A stretch of 64,000 nucleotides of DNA from positions 20,338,001-20,402,000 of the forward strand of contig NC_058383.1 in the NCBI RefSeq assembly GCF_018350175.1. Reading direction: 5' to 3'. Position numbers and translations under genes: made by a program. Below, piece by piece: positions 35,894 through 49,213 of this stretch (the first letter of the stretch is position 1; every line of letters starts with the position of its first letter). The notes under the pieces are model-generated. The model had not been told where the DNA came from, ran no database searches, and saw nothing but the letters and a program-made list of their open reading frames with translations. The DNA is from Felis catus (taxonomy: Eukaryota).

Positions 35894-36599
35894 AAAATTT
35901 TTGTAATGAATAAATAAAAACAGAGCACTCAATGAGCGCCATCGCAAGTCCGATCTTGGAGATGTTTTGAGGTGCCTGCTGATGACTTTCAGGGACCTCA
36001 CTCGTGATAAACACCATCCAGCCCCCGAGGAACCACTCTGAGGACTTTCAAGGAGCCGGGCATGAAGGTAAGAGACGGTACCTAATTTTACCGGGCTTCT
36101 ACTATTTTCCAGGCCGTCTGATAGACGATTCATAATTACTATATCACTCAGTCCTTACAACAGCCCTGTAAGGTAAGGGATTTTCAGCCCTCGTTAAAGA
36201 TGGGAAGACTGAGTCTCGGAATTTCTAGGCACATACCTAGCTACGTATTGTGTCAGAACATGAACGTTAAGTGTCGGTCTTCTATTTCCATTGAGGCGAA
36301 GCTAACTGCCCCCTTCTGAAATCGTCCCGTTAACGCATTTATCACAGTATCGTGTTTGCTCACCTGCTCACGCCCAACATCCCATTAGGCTGCAAGCTCC
36401 TTGAGAGTGCAAATCACATCCGTTACATCTGTTTAGGTCAGCACTGTGTCACCCAGCGAGATGCTTGGCTTAATAGATAACTTGAATGAATATATGGATG
36501 CATGATTTAACCCATGCTTGCCACATTCATGATATTTATTTTAGTCGACCCTCATTTCGTGTGTTTGTTTCAAATGCCTCTTGGCTACCTCAACTGCTG

Positions 36600-37445
36600 G
36601 AACACACTGGTTCGTTCACACCTCTTACACAGTCACGTGTAAACTTACACACCAAATGGTCTATGAAAGTTATTTTTTACAAAATGAGGCAAGGCTCAAA
36701 TCAGTTCTTGCACCTGTGTTTTGCACTTGACAATACATTGTAAACGTACCTACAGAATAATATGTGTAAATCTAATTTAGTCTCTCTCTCTCTCTCTCTG
36801 TTTCCAACTGCATAATACCTCACAGAATAAATGCACTGAGACGTGTTCAGCCCTTCCTTTTTCGATCAACACTCAGCATGTTTCTGGCTTTTGCTTTTGC
36901 CATTTTAAATAACTTCAATAACATCTCTGTGTAGATATTTTTATTTACTCACACATTTGTTTTTGTGCAAGAGATCTCCTGAAGTGGGATTTCTGGGATG
37001 GAGGCTATATGTAATTTTTTACATTTATTTATTTTTGAGAGACAGACAGAGACAGAGCACTAGTCGGGGAGGGATAGAGAGACAGGGAGACACAGAATCT
37101 AAAGCAGGCTCCAGGCTCCGAGCTGTCAGCACAGAGCCCGGCGCGGGGCTCGAACTCACAAACCGCGAGATCATGACCTGAGCCGAAGTCAGACGCTTAA
37201 CTGACTGAGTCACCCAGGCGCCCCTTTAAAAGTATAACACATACTGCCAGGCAGCTTCCCAAATAGGCTGCAGCAATCTTATTATTAACAGAAGCATATG
37301 AAAGTATTCCCTTCCTGCAAATCTTTGCCAACTCATGTGTTAACACTTACTTCTGAATTTTCAGTCTATCAATGGGAAGTCAAGGTTTAATTTGGTTTTC
37401 TCTAACACTAATAATTCTGGGGATCTTATCATATGTTCACTGGCT
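36600..37445 (-). mobile_element. Ancient L1ME-type fragment, interrupted by a SINE
   Basis: tttccaactgcataatacc...ttctggcttttgc...ctgcaaatctttgccaac antisense L1 3' ORF2 texture. Confidence 0.55.
37015..37224 (-). mobile_element. SINEC (feline-type)
   Basis: tttatttatttttgagagacagacagag...gtcacccaggcgcccc. Confidence 0.95.
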
Positions 37446-37469
37446 ACTCATTTCTGCTCTTGTGAATTT

Positions 37470-37865
37470 CCAGACTGTGGCAGTCTCATCATCAAACCCC
37501 ATTTCCTCCTTTTGAGCACACAACTAGAGTATATTTCCCAGCCTTCTTTGCAGTTTGGTATGGTCATGTGACTGAGTTCTGGCCAATGGGATGTGAACAA
37601 TGGGATGGGATTCGTCACTTTCACACCTGTTCCCCCCAAGCCTCCCGTCTGTGATCCTTCATCATTTCCCCCCAAGTGTCAGCTTAAAGCAGAGTCTGAG
37701 ACCCTAGAGAAGGGCAGAGCTGTAAGACAGAAGGAACCTGGGCCTGTAACAACCACAGGAATGGCCACCTACTGCACTGGAAGGACCCATTCAGGTGTGA
37801 TACAGAAACTCGCGTTATGTTACACTATGGGGATTTGGGGGTCATAAAACACCTACCATTGTCTC
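37470..37865. mobile_element. MaLR LTR (MLT1I/J-like)
   Basis: tatttcccagccttctttgcagtttggtatggtcatgtgactgagttctggccaatgggatgtg is an MLT1 signature. Confidence 0.7.
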
Positions 37866-37947
37866 TACTGATACTTTATTGATTTCATTTGCTAATGGCT
37901 TTTTTTGAGATGTTGAGTTTTTTCTTAACACTTCTAGAAGGTCTTTC

Positions 37948-40350
37948 ATAACATGATTGTATAAGAAGATCTTGAATTCACCTCCTCCCATGGGCACACC
38001 AAATCTACAGATACATACAGATTATTTGCCTCTGAGAAAGAACTGAGAACTAGGTGAACTGCTTCTCTACAACAAAGGATAAGAAAACCATCTAGAGAAG
38101 AGTAGAGAGGCTGAGATACGGTGTCACCAATCCCCTTCTCCCCGGGCAGTGAAATACAATAGGGAGAAATCGTGCTAGTCCAGAACTTCTCCCAGAAGAT
38201 CAAGGGCTTTGTACCCTTGATCAGGCACCGCCACTCCTGGGATCTTCCCTGGAGAGACGGGATTCCAAAACATCCAACTCAGAAAACCAGCATTACTGAT
38301 GTCCAAGAGACATAAAGTGTTATAGGAAACTGAGATTCCCCAGTTAAGGGAGTAATGTGGTCCCCCTCACCCCTGTTTAATTCTACCAAACATTCAAGTA
38401 AAGGTTTAGTACTTATCCTTCTCAAACTCTGCCAAAAATTTGAAGAGGAGGAAACATTTCCAGACTCATTTTACAAGGCAAACATTACCCTGATACCAAA
38501 ACCATACAAGAAAACCACAAAAACAGAAAACTTCACGCCAATATCCCTGATGAACATAGATGCAAAAATCCTCAACAAAATACTAGCAAACCTAATTCAA
38601 CAATACATTAAAAGGATCATACACCATGAACCAGTGTGATTTATTCCAGGAATGCAAGGATGGTTCAACATCCACAAATCAATCAACAAGATCTACAATA
38701 CACCATCTCAACAAAATGAAAGATAAAAATCATATGATGATCTCAAGAGATACAGAAAACAAGTATTTGACAGATTCAACATCCATTTATGACAAAAAGT
38801 CTCAATAAAGTGGCTTTAGGAGGAACACACCTCCACATAATAAAAGCCATACGTGACATACCCACAGCTAATATACTCGATGGTGAAAAGCTGAAAGCTT
38901 TTGCCGTAAGATCACAAACAAGACAAGGATACCCACTCTCTTCATTTTTATGCAACATAGTATTGGAAGTCCTAGCCACAGCAATTAGGCAAGAAAAATA
39001 AATAAAAGGCATCCAGATTGGAAAGGAAGAAGTAAAACTGTCACTATTTGCTGATGACATGATACTGTATATATAAAATGTTAGACTCCCCCGAAAAGCT
39101 GTGAGAACTAATAGATGAACTCACTAAAGTTTCAGGATACAAAATTAATATACAAAAATATGTTGTATTTTTTAACTTTAAAAATAATCATTAATAGAAC
39201 TCATGAAAATAATTGCATTCACAATTATACCAAAAAGAATAAAATACCTAGGAATAAACTTAACAAAGGAGGTAAAAGACCTACACGCTAAAAACCGTAT
39301 GCCATTGATGACAGAATTAAAGATGACACAAATAAATGGAAAGATACCCATTCTCATAGATTGGAAGAATCAGTGTTGTTAAAAGGTCCATACCACCCAA
39401 AGCAACCTAGAGCTTCAATGCAATCCCTAATAAAATTCCAATGGTATTTTTTTTTACAGCTCTAGGACAAATAATTCTAAAATTCATATGGAACCACAAA
39501 AGACCTCAAGTAACCAAAACAATTTTAAGAAAGAATGAAAAAGCTAAAGGTATTACACTCCCTGATTTCAAAGTATACTGCAAAGCTACAATAATCAAAA
39601 CAGGACAGTAATGGCATAAAAACAGACACATAGATCGATGGAACAGACTAGAGAGCCCAGAAACAAAACCACACATATATAGTCAATTAATTTGTGACAA
39701 AGGAGGCAAGAATATATAATGGGGAAATGACAGTCTTCTGGAGACTACTGGATAGCTACATGCAAAAGAATGAAACTGGACCACTTACTTACAACCATAT
39801 AAAAAATTAACTCAAAATGGATTAGAGACTTGAATGTAAGACCTGAAGCCATAAAACTAATAAAAGACACACACACACATGCGCATGCACACACACACAC
39901 ATGAATATTATTCATCCATTAAAAAATGAAATCTCTTTAACAACATGGATGAACCTTGAGAATATTATTATGCTAAATGAAATAAGTCAAATGGAGAAAG
40001 ACAAATACTGAATAATTTCACTTATATGTGGAGTCTAGAAAACAAAAAACCAATACAGATTCATAGAATCAGAGAAGATACATGTGGTGGCCAGAGGGGA
40101 TGGAGGGGGAGGAGGGATTGCAGAATGGGCCAAGTGGATCATGAAGGACAAACTTCCAGTTATAAAACAAAGGCCATGGGGATGGAATGTACAGTTTGGG
40201 GGAATATAACCAATACTATTATATTGAAGTTGTATGGTGAAAGACGGTAACTAGACGTATCACGGTGATCATTTCACCATGAACGTAAACATAAAAAACC
40301 CGAAATGGATATGATAATAGGGGTCAATGATACCTCAATAAAAAATAAAA
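37948..40350 (+). mobile_element. Older L1 with 5' UTR start, RT region and 3' UTR/tail; two large internal deletions
   Basis: 5' end cacctcctcccatgggcacaccaaatctacag; ORF2 [12 protein letters not shown]...[18 protein letters not shown], ctatttgctgatgacatgat (FADDM); tail caataaaaaataaaa. Confidence 0.88.
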
Positions 40351-40389
40351 TAACTACAAGTGAAAAACTCTCATTAACAACATCAAAAA

Positions 40390-41290
40390 TTTCTCAGTCA
40401 CTTGCACGAAAACATTAACTTTTTATCGGCAATGTCTCAAGTTTATATTTTTCTCCATCTATCGCTTGTCTTTTGCTTTTTATGACAACATGTCTTTCCT
40501 TTATTTTTTTTTCAGTAGTGGTTTGGGAATATTCTGTGTTATTTAAGAACGTTTTCCTTCAACCCGAGGTCTTACAAACATTTTCTGTAAGTGTATACTC
40601 ATATTTTACTGTGAATTATTTTCATTATTATATCTTTACATCTTTCATTCAGCTGGGGTTTATTTCTGTATGTTATTGTTGGGGTTAGGTTTTGTACCTT
40701 CCCAGACAGAAGGCCTGTTGTGTCAGGACGTTTTATTAAATGACCTTTCATTTTCTTACGTGAATGAATATCTATATCAGATATTAAGTTTGCTTACGTA
40801 CCACGATCTGTTCTGTATTCCGTTTTGCTCTCGACTACAACGTCTACTACTATGCCAATACTGTTTGGATTAGAGCATCTTTACAGTATGTTTTCAAACA
40901 GGTGGTATAGGCTAATCCCCTTTCTGACACTCTGGAGTTTGAAAATATCCAGATTTATTCTTTAATCGGCTTATTTTGTCCCATCCCCCTACAAAATAAT
41001 GAAAGCAAAAAAGAAAAATATTTTTTTTTTAAATGGGGCTTCTGATAGAAATTTTGGTAAATAGTTTTATTAATTTGGAAAGGGTGGATGTTTTAGGACA
41101 CAAAGTCATCCCATCCAGGAACATGCTATGTCTCTCCATTAATTCAGATCATGTTTTATGTTCTTCAATAAAATTTTATGGTTTTATTCAGAGAAGTACC
41201 GTGCTTGCTAAATTTATTCATAGATATTTTATAGTTTTTATGACTATTGTGAATGGGTCTCCCCTCCTCCCACTTTCACTTCTAACTGGA
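40390..41290 (-). mobile_element. Ancient L1M-type ORF2 fragment
   Basis: attaatttggaaagggtggatg...ccatccaggaacatgctatgtctctccatt...atttattcatagatattttatag. Confidence 0.7.
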
Positions 41291-41634
41291 TATTTTTAGT
41301 ATTGAATGATCTTGGATTTGTTGCTTCTATAATTCACTCTACACTGGGAAGCCGTCCCCTTAATCACTGCCATAGAGAAGGTGGAAGAATGCCTACTTCT
41401 GATGCTTCTTTTATTCTGATAAAATCCAGAGCTTCACAAACTATTCATTCCAGCTGGAATGTTCTGGAAGCTGGGTGTAAAAACTGGTGACCTACATGTG
41501 ACTAGAGAATGGGATGAATGCTCGGGGCATTTATGGAGGTTGAGTTAAACCAACTTACTTGTGGCAGTGGAATTTGTTCTGAGTTTGTTCTTTAGAAAAG
41601 GTATGGTAGACGTCTTAGGTACCATGGGTCTCTC

Positions 41635-41651
41635 TTTTTTTAATGTTTATT

Positions 41652-41696
<45 letters not shown>

Positions 41697-41847
41697 CAGA
41701 GAGAGAGAGGGAGACAAAGAATCCGAAGCAGGCTCCAGGCTCTGAGCTGTCAGCACAGAGCCCAACACAGGGCTTGAACTCACGAACTGTGAATCATGAC
41801 CTGGGCCGAAGTTGGACGCTTAACCGACGGAGCCCCCCAGGCGCCCC
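41635..41847 (-). mobile_element. SINEC (feline-type)
   Basis: (GA)n, gaatccgaagcaggctccaggctctgagctgtcagcacagagccc, caggcgcccc. Confidence 0.95.
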
Positions 41848-42532
41848 AACAATATCCTTTAAGTAGGTGTCGACCCCTGGGAGTATACAATTGAGCAGTC
41901 AGAGCAACTTCTATATGATGAGCTGAGGATAAGCTGGCCTTCGTGACGAGGACCTGAAAATTGGGACCATGAATATCATGCAAGGGGCCAGTAAGAGGGC
42001 TGAGACTAAAGCAAGTAAAAGGAAATATTCAAGTGCTCAACAGAGTAACTAAGTACAACAAGAATTGGAGCCGGTGGAAAACCCAAGCAAAGGAACGGGT
42101 TCAAAGTGCCGCCATAAAGGCTCAGGACACAAATTCAATCGTATTCTTATGTATCAGCAGTGAACAATTAGACGATTCTTTTTGAATGAAAGGCATAGGG
42201 ATAATCTCGCTAAAAGGTGTACATGAAAAAATGAGTTCTAAATTGACAGGATAAATTAAAGAAGATCTAAAACTATGAAGAGCTAGGCTGTGTTCATAGA
42301 TCAGAAAGCTCAATATTTTTGAGATGCGTATTCTCCTCAAACTCCAATCAAAATCCCAGCAAGCTATTTTCTCGTGGTAATTGATAAGCTGATTCTAAAA
42401 TTTAGATGGAAATGCAAAGGATTTAGAATAGCCAGAACAACTCTGAGGAAAAGAGCTGGAGGGCTTTCATTATCTGATTTTGAGTCTTATTGTAAAGCTA
42501 GAGGAATCAAGACTGTGGGCATTGGTGTAAAA

Positions 42533-42536
42533 ATCT

Positions 42537-42571
<35 letters not shown>

Positions 42572-43083
42572 TATAATATTAAATATATAATATTTATTAA
42601 AATATTATAAATATTAAATATTGTAAATATTATAATATTAAATATATAATATTTATTAAATATTATATTATATTTATTAAATATTATATTGATATAAATA
42701 TATAATATTATATTAAACATATAATATTTAACATAATATAATAATAATAAATATATAAAAATAAAAATATATAATATATAATATTAAATATATAATACAT
42801 AATATTTATGTAATTAAATATATAATGTATAATATAATATATAATTTATATGTGTTATAATATTATGTATGTATTATATGTATATATGTTATATACATAT
42901 ACTATTAAATATATAATATTTTTATATATTTTTATATATTTATATATGTTTATATATAGAATATATATTTTATATATATTATATATATATTTATATTTAA
43001 TATTATATATTTATGTAATTAAATATATAATATTTAATAGCATATGTATATATAGATATAAAGATTAGATAGATAGATAGATA
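42533..43083. repeat. (CT)n(CA)n followed by about 500 bp of near-pure A/T low complexity and (TAGA)n
   Basis: Direct reading. Confidence 0.95.
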
Positions 43084-43630
43084 ATTGAGAGTCTAGAAAT
43101 AAATAGACCCCACACATATTGTCAACTGACTTTACACTAAAGTATTAAGGCAGTTCATTGGGGGAAAGAATAATCTTTTCCTTAATAATTCAGTAGCCAT
43201 ATGCAAAGAACAAGGAAACTCAATACTTGCCTCACATACAGAATTTAACTCAAATGGACTATGGATCTACATATAAGAGTTAAACTATAACACTTCCAGA
43301 AAGAAAACATGGAAGAAAACGTCAGTGACCTTAAGTTAGGGAGGATTTCTTAAACAGAACACACACAACATAAACCTAGAAGTTATTAAAAGAAACAATA
43401 TAAATATATGAGAATTTATTAAAATTTAACATTTTGTTCTTCAAAGGACTTTCAGAAATCAAAAGGCAAACCACAAACTGGGAGGAAAAATTTTCAAAGC
43501 ATACATCTGACAGAAACTTGCATGCAGAATATATAAAGGACTCTTATATTTCACTACTAAGAAACAAACAACCTGGTAAAATCATGGGCCAAAAAATTCA
43601 CATATTCCTCACCAAAGAAGATATATGGAT

Positions 43631-44289
43631 AAAGAAGATGTGATGTCTATCTGTGCAATGGAATGTTACTCGGAACGTTACTCGGAATGAAATCTCGTAA
43701 TTTTGCAACAACATGGACGGAACTAAGAGTGTACTAGGCTAAGTGAAATAAATCAATCAGAGAAAGATAAATATCATATGATTTCACTCACATGCAGAAT
43801 TTAAGAAACAAAACAGATGAACCCAGGGGAAGAGAAGGAAAATAAGATAAAAACAGAGAGGTAAACCATAAGAGACTCTTCTAAACAAATGTTTTTCTTT
43901 ATTGTGAGAAAGAGAGAGAGTGCATGCGTGGGAGCAGTGGTGGGCAGGGAGACAGAATCCCAAGCAGGGTCTACACTGCCAGGACAGAACCCGATGCCCG
44001 GCTCAGTCTCCTAAACCGCAAGACCATGACCGGGGACAGAATCGAGAGTCGGATGCCTAACCAACTGAACCACCAAGGGCCCCAAGAGTCTCTTAATTAT
44101 AGAAAACAAACTGAGGGTTTCTAGAAGGGAGGTGGGTGGGGAATGGGCCAGATGGGCGATGGGCATTAAGGAGGGCAGTTGTTGGGATGAGCGCTGGGTG
44201 TTACACGTCAAGTGATGAATCAGTAAATTCTACTCCTGAAACTGATACCACACTAGATGTTAACTGACATAAATTTAAATGAGAAAAGG
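43631..44289 (+). mobile_element. Carnivore L1 3' end nested in the old L1
   Basis: gcaacaacatggacggaacta...agagaaagataaatatcatatgatttcactc...tactcctgaaac; degenerate TSD aagaagata..ggat at 43615-43630 and 44290-44304. Confidence 0.88.
43885..44082 (-). mobile_element. Older SINEC nested in the L1 3' UTR
   Basis: ggagacagaatcccaagcagggtctacactg...caactgaaccaccaagggcccc; TSD aagag(a/t)ctctt. Confidence 0.88.
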
Positions 44290-45769
44290 AAGAAGATAAG
44301 GGATGGCAAATGAGCACACAGAAATATGCTTGTCGTTAGGCATTATGGGAATAAAAACTGTAAACTGTGAGCATAAATAAATTCAGCTAAATCAAAACTG
44401 TCGTGACGTATAGCTACTGAAATGGCTAACATTAAGAAAGACACCCAGGCCAAGTGTTGGCGAGCATGTGGGGCAAAAGGAACTCTCATCACTGATGGTG
44501 GACCATCACTTTCAACCGCTTTGCAAAACAGTTTGTCAGTGTCCTTAAAAGTTCAACAGTCACCTACCGTAGGACAAGTTACTCCCTCCCTAGGAATGGC
44601 CCCGGGACAAAAGGAGGGAATTGCTACAAAAAGACTTGAGCGCCAACGTTCCTCGCAGCTCTCTGCGCGACAGACCTCGATGGGAAACAATCCAGATGCC
44701 CATCAAGGGATGAACGGATTAACAGGCTGTGGTACGTTCACACCATGAATGATCGTTCGGCAACAAAAAGACACGAACCGGGAAAACACACACGAATGAA
44801 AATTAATTAGCCTGAGTCAAAGAAGCCAGAGTAAAAGGCAGAGTGGGGGCTGTATGATCCCGTTTACATAAAATGACAGAAAGTGCACGCTCGTTTATAG
44901 TGATGCTATAAACTCGGGATGGCAGGTGTCTGAGGGCAGGGATGACAAGATGCCAGACGGAAACTTTTGGGCGTAGTGGCGGCGCTTAGCAACTTGATTT
45001 TGGGGATGCCTTCACTGGTATCTATTGTCAATTATATCTTAATAAACTCTGAAAAATATACCAAGTTTCACCAAGTGCCCATCTCTTACCTGTGCTTTTT
45101 CTTTAAGCAGGCTCTTCCTGTGATCTGGAAGCTCTGCCCCAGCAGTTCTGGGTTCCCACGCTACCTACTGGGCAACCCCAGTGGAGAGTGTCTCTTTCCC
45201 AGACCCGCTGCAGAACTCCACATGGTCTGGGGCAGCTCCGTCACACGTCCGTCTCTGAAACAAGACCCGTGACTCGAGTGGGCCAAAAGTTGTGCCATGG
45301 GTACAAATCTGGAACCAGAGAGTGGAGTCCCCCTGGTGCTCACTCGAAGACTGAAGTTGGAAGGCTCACAAAGGAAACCTGGGATCTATTAGGAGGCACA
45401 CAGGGAGAATCAGTCCAAGGCGTGTGCAGTCAAGAGGCGTCCGCTAATGTGCTCATCACAGGATTCTAGGTGGCGATGGTGACGTAACAGCCCCAGGCCC
45501 CTGTTCAGAGGGCTGGCTTAGGAGATAGTGATGCCTTCAGCCTGTAGGTGTAGCCGTTGAGAACCACCATTCCTAGAGAAGCGTGGTGTGGCTGGTAACT
45601 TGTGCTCATACCATTCCTCCAATTCTAGAGATCCTGAAACATCCAGTGCTGAGGACAGAGGTCAAAGTCCCCGGGCTCCACAACAACCATGGGGCAAAGG
45701 CAGCATCTTCTGAGGGCCATCACAGCCCCCAAACGAGAGAAGTAGTGAACCAAATACTAATAAAACCTG

Positions 45770-46270
45770 GAGGGGAAAATCAAAGAGCAAGAACTCCAAA
45801 CGCTGGCAGGTTCATGAGCGACTGTAACGTCGTATGTTGCTGGTGGGGGTAAAACATGGTGTAACCGCTTTGGGCAGGCGGAATGGACAAGCAGGTTGCG
45901 GTACAGTCACGATACTTGACAACTGCTAGCACCGAAAGGAACCGGCTCCATACATACGCAGCCTGGGTGTAGACCAGCAGTCACGAATCTCAAAGAAAAA
46001 TCACGTTGAGGAAAAGAAGAAAAACGCAAGCACTCTAACTCTCTGATTCCATTCCCGCGGCTTTCGAGAACATAGAAAACCAATCCATAATGACAAAAGT
46101 CGGAAAGCGATTGCCTCTCAAGGAGGGAGCGCTGACCGGAAAGGGGCATGAGGGAACTCTCCAGGCTATAGAAATATTCTCTGTATTGAGGGGTGGGTTA
46201 CATGATGACATCACACTGGAACTTGATATCTGTGTGTTGGATTGCATTTACATCATCCCTCAATGAAAAC
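45770..46270 (+). mobile_element. Ancient L1ME-type 3' fragment
   Basis: gttgctggtgggggtaaaacatggtgtaaccgctttgg...ggaaaggggcatgagggaactctccagg. Confidence 0.65.
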
Positions 46271-46401
46271 AAGATACACTTGAATAGCAGTGACAAAGTA
46301 ATTATTATTCCTATAGGAACTAACATTTGTTTATTTCCCACCTGAATGGTCTCAATGGATCCTTACCTCAACTCTGAAAAGTAGGTACTCGTCTACATTT
46401 T

Positions 46402-46620
46402 TTTTAATTTTTTTTTTCAACGTTTATTTATTTTTGGGACAGAGAGAGACAGAACATGAACGGGCGAGGGGCAGAGAGAGAGGGAGACACAGAATAGGAA
46501 ACAGGCTCCAGGCTCTGAGCCATCAGCCCAGAGCCCGACACGGGGCTCGAACTCACAGACCGCGAGATCGTGACCTGGCTGAAGTCAGACGCTTAACCGA
46601 CTGCGCCACCCAGGCGCCCC
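46402..46620 (-). mobile_element. Young SINEC_Fc-type inserted in a MIR
   Basis: Near-consensus; TSD tcgtct(a/c)catttt; flanks join into antisense MIR (cccaaggtcacacagcagcgagtggcagagctgggatcccaaacc). Confidence 0.96.
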
Positions 46621-48111
46621 TCGTCTCCATTTTTAAGTGCAGGAAAATGAGACTCACTGCGTATGGACAAGCCCAAGGTCACACAGCAGCGAGTGGCAGA
46701 GCTGGGATCCCAAACCTGACTTTAGTGTCTGAGCTCTTAGCTACCTCTTCATACTATCCAGCACACTGGACTTGAGTCAGAGGGGGGGAAAAGACCATGG
46801 TGAGTGATGTGCTGAGATCCCAGAGCCTATGCACCTGCTGTGTCATGAATGCGGAAGGGAGAGAAGAGAGAGTTTCACTTGAAACTAACATGGTAGCCTC
46901 TTATCCATGGAGCTGGTCTGCACTTGGGCAAGTTTGTTAGATCAGAACATGCACTCTGAAAGAAACGTTGGGTTTTCAGGACCTCTGAGGGACTGGGATT
47001 TTTTTTTTTTTTTTGTCCTATGGCATCTCTTGAAAGCCTTCTTTGTCTTTTAAAACTCGTGTTGTTCCAGAGTGAACTGGAGGGAGGCCGTGTCTAGAAC
47101 ATCAACTCCTTGAGTGTAGGGATCTTTCCTGTCTTTTTCATTGACATCGCTCCAGGGTCTGGAATAGTGTCTAGCCAATCCCTCAATAAGTGTTTGGTAA
47201 TTAAACACATGCATCCTCGCCTCCTTCCACCATTGAAGCAACCCCATGCCCTCTGGCCGTCGTTAGCCTTGTTGAACCTTACCATAAAGTTAGACACACG
47301 CTATTGCTGACGGCCACATTGAACCTATTACAAGACATCTCTAAGACTCCAGATGTTTGTTAGGACTGATAGCCTTTCTTTTTTGGACCGAGGAGAATGT
47401 ATCATCACGACCCTCCCGCACAGACTGATTAGAACAGGACCCCTAGGCTCCCCTTGCTTGGTCCCGTGCCTGCTTCCAGAAGCTCACAGAGCCAACGCTT
47501 GACGGCATTAAGATTTGATGTGACACCCCACTGGGGCACCATTTGGGAATTCAATTGAGCCAAGCAACAGAGCAGCACTTATTGGTTTCAGAGGGGATGG
47601 AAAACAATTTAAGCAACCTCTGCTCTCCTCATCCCAAGACACGCACCATCGCTCTGTTGACTTAGGAGCAGCTGCTGACCCTGAGCAGAGATGAGCTCTC
47701 TGTGAAATCCCATCCTCACCGGTCTCCAGCACAGCAAGGAAAACCTGCAGGCACAGACCGATCAAATTCCTTTCCGTGGACCATCCTTCTCATTCAAGTT
47801 CTGGCTATTTTTCTCAGGGAAGTCAGGGTGAAGCTGGGAGATCTGAGAAGATCTTCAGACTTGGGGTCGGGGCAGGGGGGCGAAAGGCAAGGAGCATAAG
47901 AGAGCTGAGGCTGCAGAGAAAGCTGAGAACCTCCGGACAAGTAAGCAGAATGATGATGTGACCCAGGAATTTTAAGTGAGACCAAGTAGGTGGATGACCT
48001 TCCAGCAGGCAGGAAGCGACCCTGGAACGAATTTGCTTTGCAGAGTTCAGAGGGCAAAAGACAACAAAATACAAAACCCAGTTCAGTGCAGGTCAGAACA
48101 AATACCCAGGA

Positions 48112-49213
48112 TGTGACAGGTAATTTTACATGTCAACTTGATGGGGTTAAGGGATGCTCAGAGAGTCAGTAAAACATTTTTTCTGGGTGTTTCTGTGGAT
48201 GTGTTTTCAGAAGAGATTAGCATTCGAATCAGCAGACAAGAGTAAAGAAAACTGCCCTTGCCAACATGAGTGGGCATCATCCAAACCACTGTGGGTCCAA
48301 ATGGAAGAAAAAGGTGGAGGAAAGACAAATTTTCTCTCTCTCTCTCTCTCTCTCTTTTTTTAATCTTGAGCTGGGACATCCACCTTCTGCCCTTGGATAT
48401 TGGTACTCCTGGCTCTCGGGACTTTGGACTTAGACTGAATTAGACCACCAGCTTTCCTCGTTCTTCATCTTGCCAATGGCTGATCACAGGATTTTCCGTC
48501 CTCCATAATTATATTATACAACCCAAGTGTCCACTGAGAGATAAATGGATAAAGAAGATGTGGTTTTTTGTATATGTATATGCATGCACACAAATATACA
48601 TATATAGAGATATATAGAGATATATAATGGAATATTACTCAGCCATGAAAAAGAGTGAAACTGCCATTTGCAACAACATGGATGGAGCTAGAAGGTATAA
48701 TGCTAAGTGAAATAAGTCAGAGAAAGACAAATACTGTATGATTTCAATCATATGTGGAATTTAAGAATCGAAACAAATGGGCCAAGAAAGAGCCAAACCA
48801 AAACACAGAGTCTTAACTATAGAGAACAAACTGCTTGTTGCCAGAGGCGAGGTTGCTGGGGGATGGAAACAGATAACGGGATTAGCATACACTTATCATG
48901 ATGAGCACCGAGTAATGTACAGAATTGTTGAATCACTCTATTGTACTCCTGAAACTAATGTAACACTGAATGTTAATTACACTGGAATTGAAAATATAAT
49001 AGTAATAAAATAAACAGTATAAATAAATAATAGAATACTAATAAATAACAGAAAACGTCATATGTTGTAGACATGACACTATTAAATATCTATAATATGT
49101 ATATTACATATTAATATATATGTGTATATATATGTATAATATATATGTATATATATGGATTATACCTATATGTCCTTTGAGTTTTGTTTCTTTGGAGAAC
49201 CCTGCCTGATACA
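48112..49213 (+). mobile_element. ERVL LTR (MLT2B/C-like), split by an L1 3' fragment
   Basis: tgtg...taattttacatgtcaacttga 5' end, gaagagattagcatt, and ttctttggagaaccctgcctgataca 3' end. Confidence 0.85.
48519..49045 (+). mobile_element. Carnivore L1 3' end within the MLT2 LTR
   Basis: caacccaagtgtccac...gcaacaacatggatggagctagaaggtataatgctaagtgaaataagtcagagaaagac...A-rich tail. Confidence 0.9.

Larger units (their letters stand above)
42120..45050 (+). mobile_element. Old L1M-type element (ORF2 3' half and 3' UTR) hosting an AT-rich expansion and nested L1/SINE
   Basis: IDKLILKFRWKCKGFRIARTTL peptide; aaaaggcaaaccacaaactgggagg; caatccagatgcccatcaagggatgaacggat. Confidence 0.8.

Noticed and set aside
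47809..47946. Possible exon (ttttctcag|GGAAG...GACAA|gtaagc)
   Set aside because: Splice-like motifs occur by chance at this frequency; no recognisable protein in any frame
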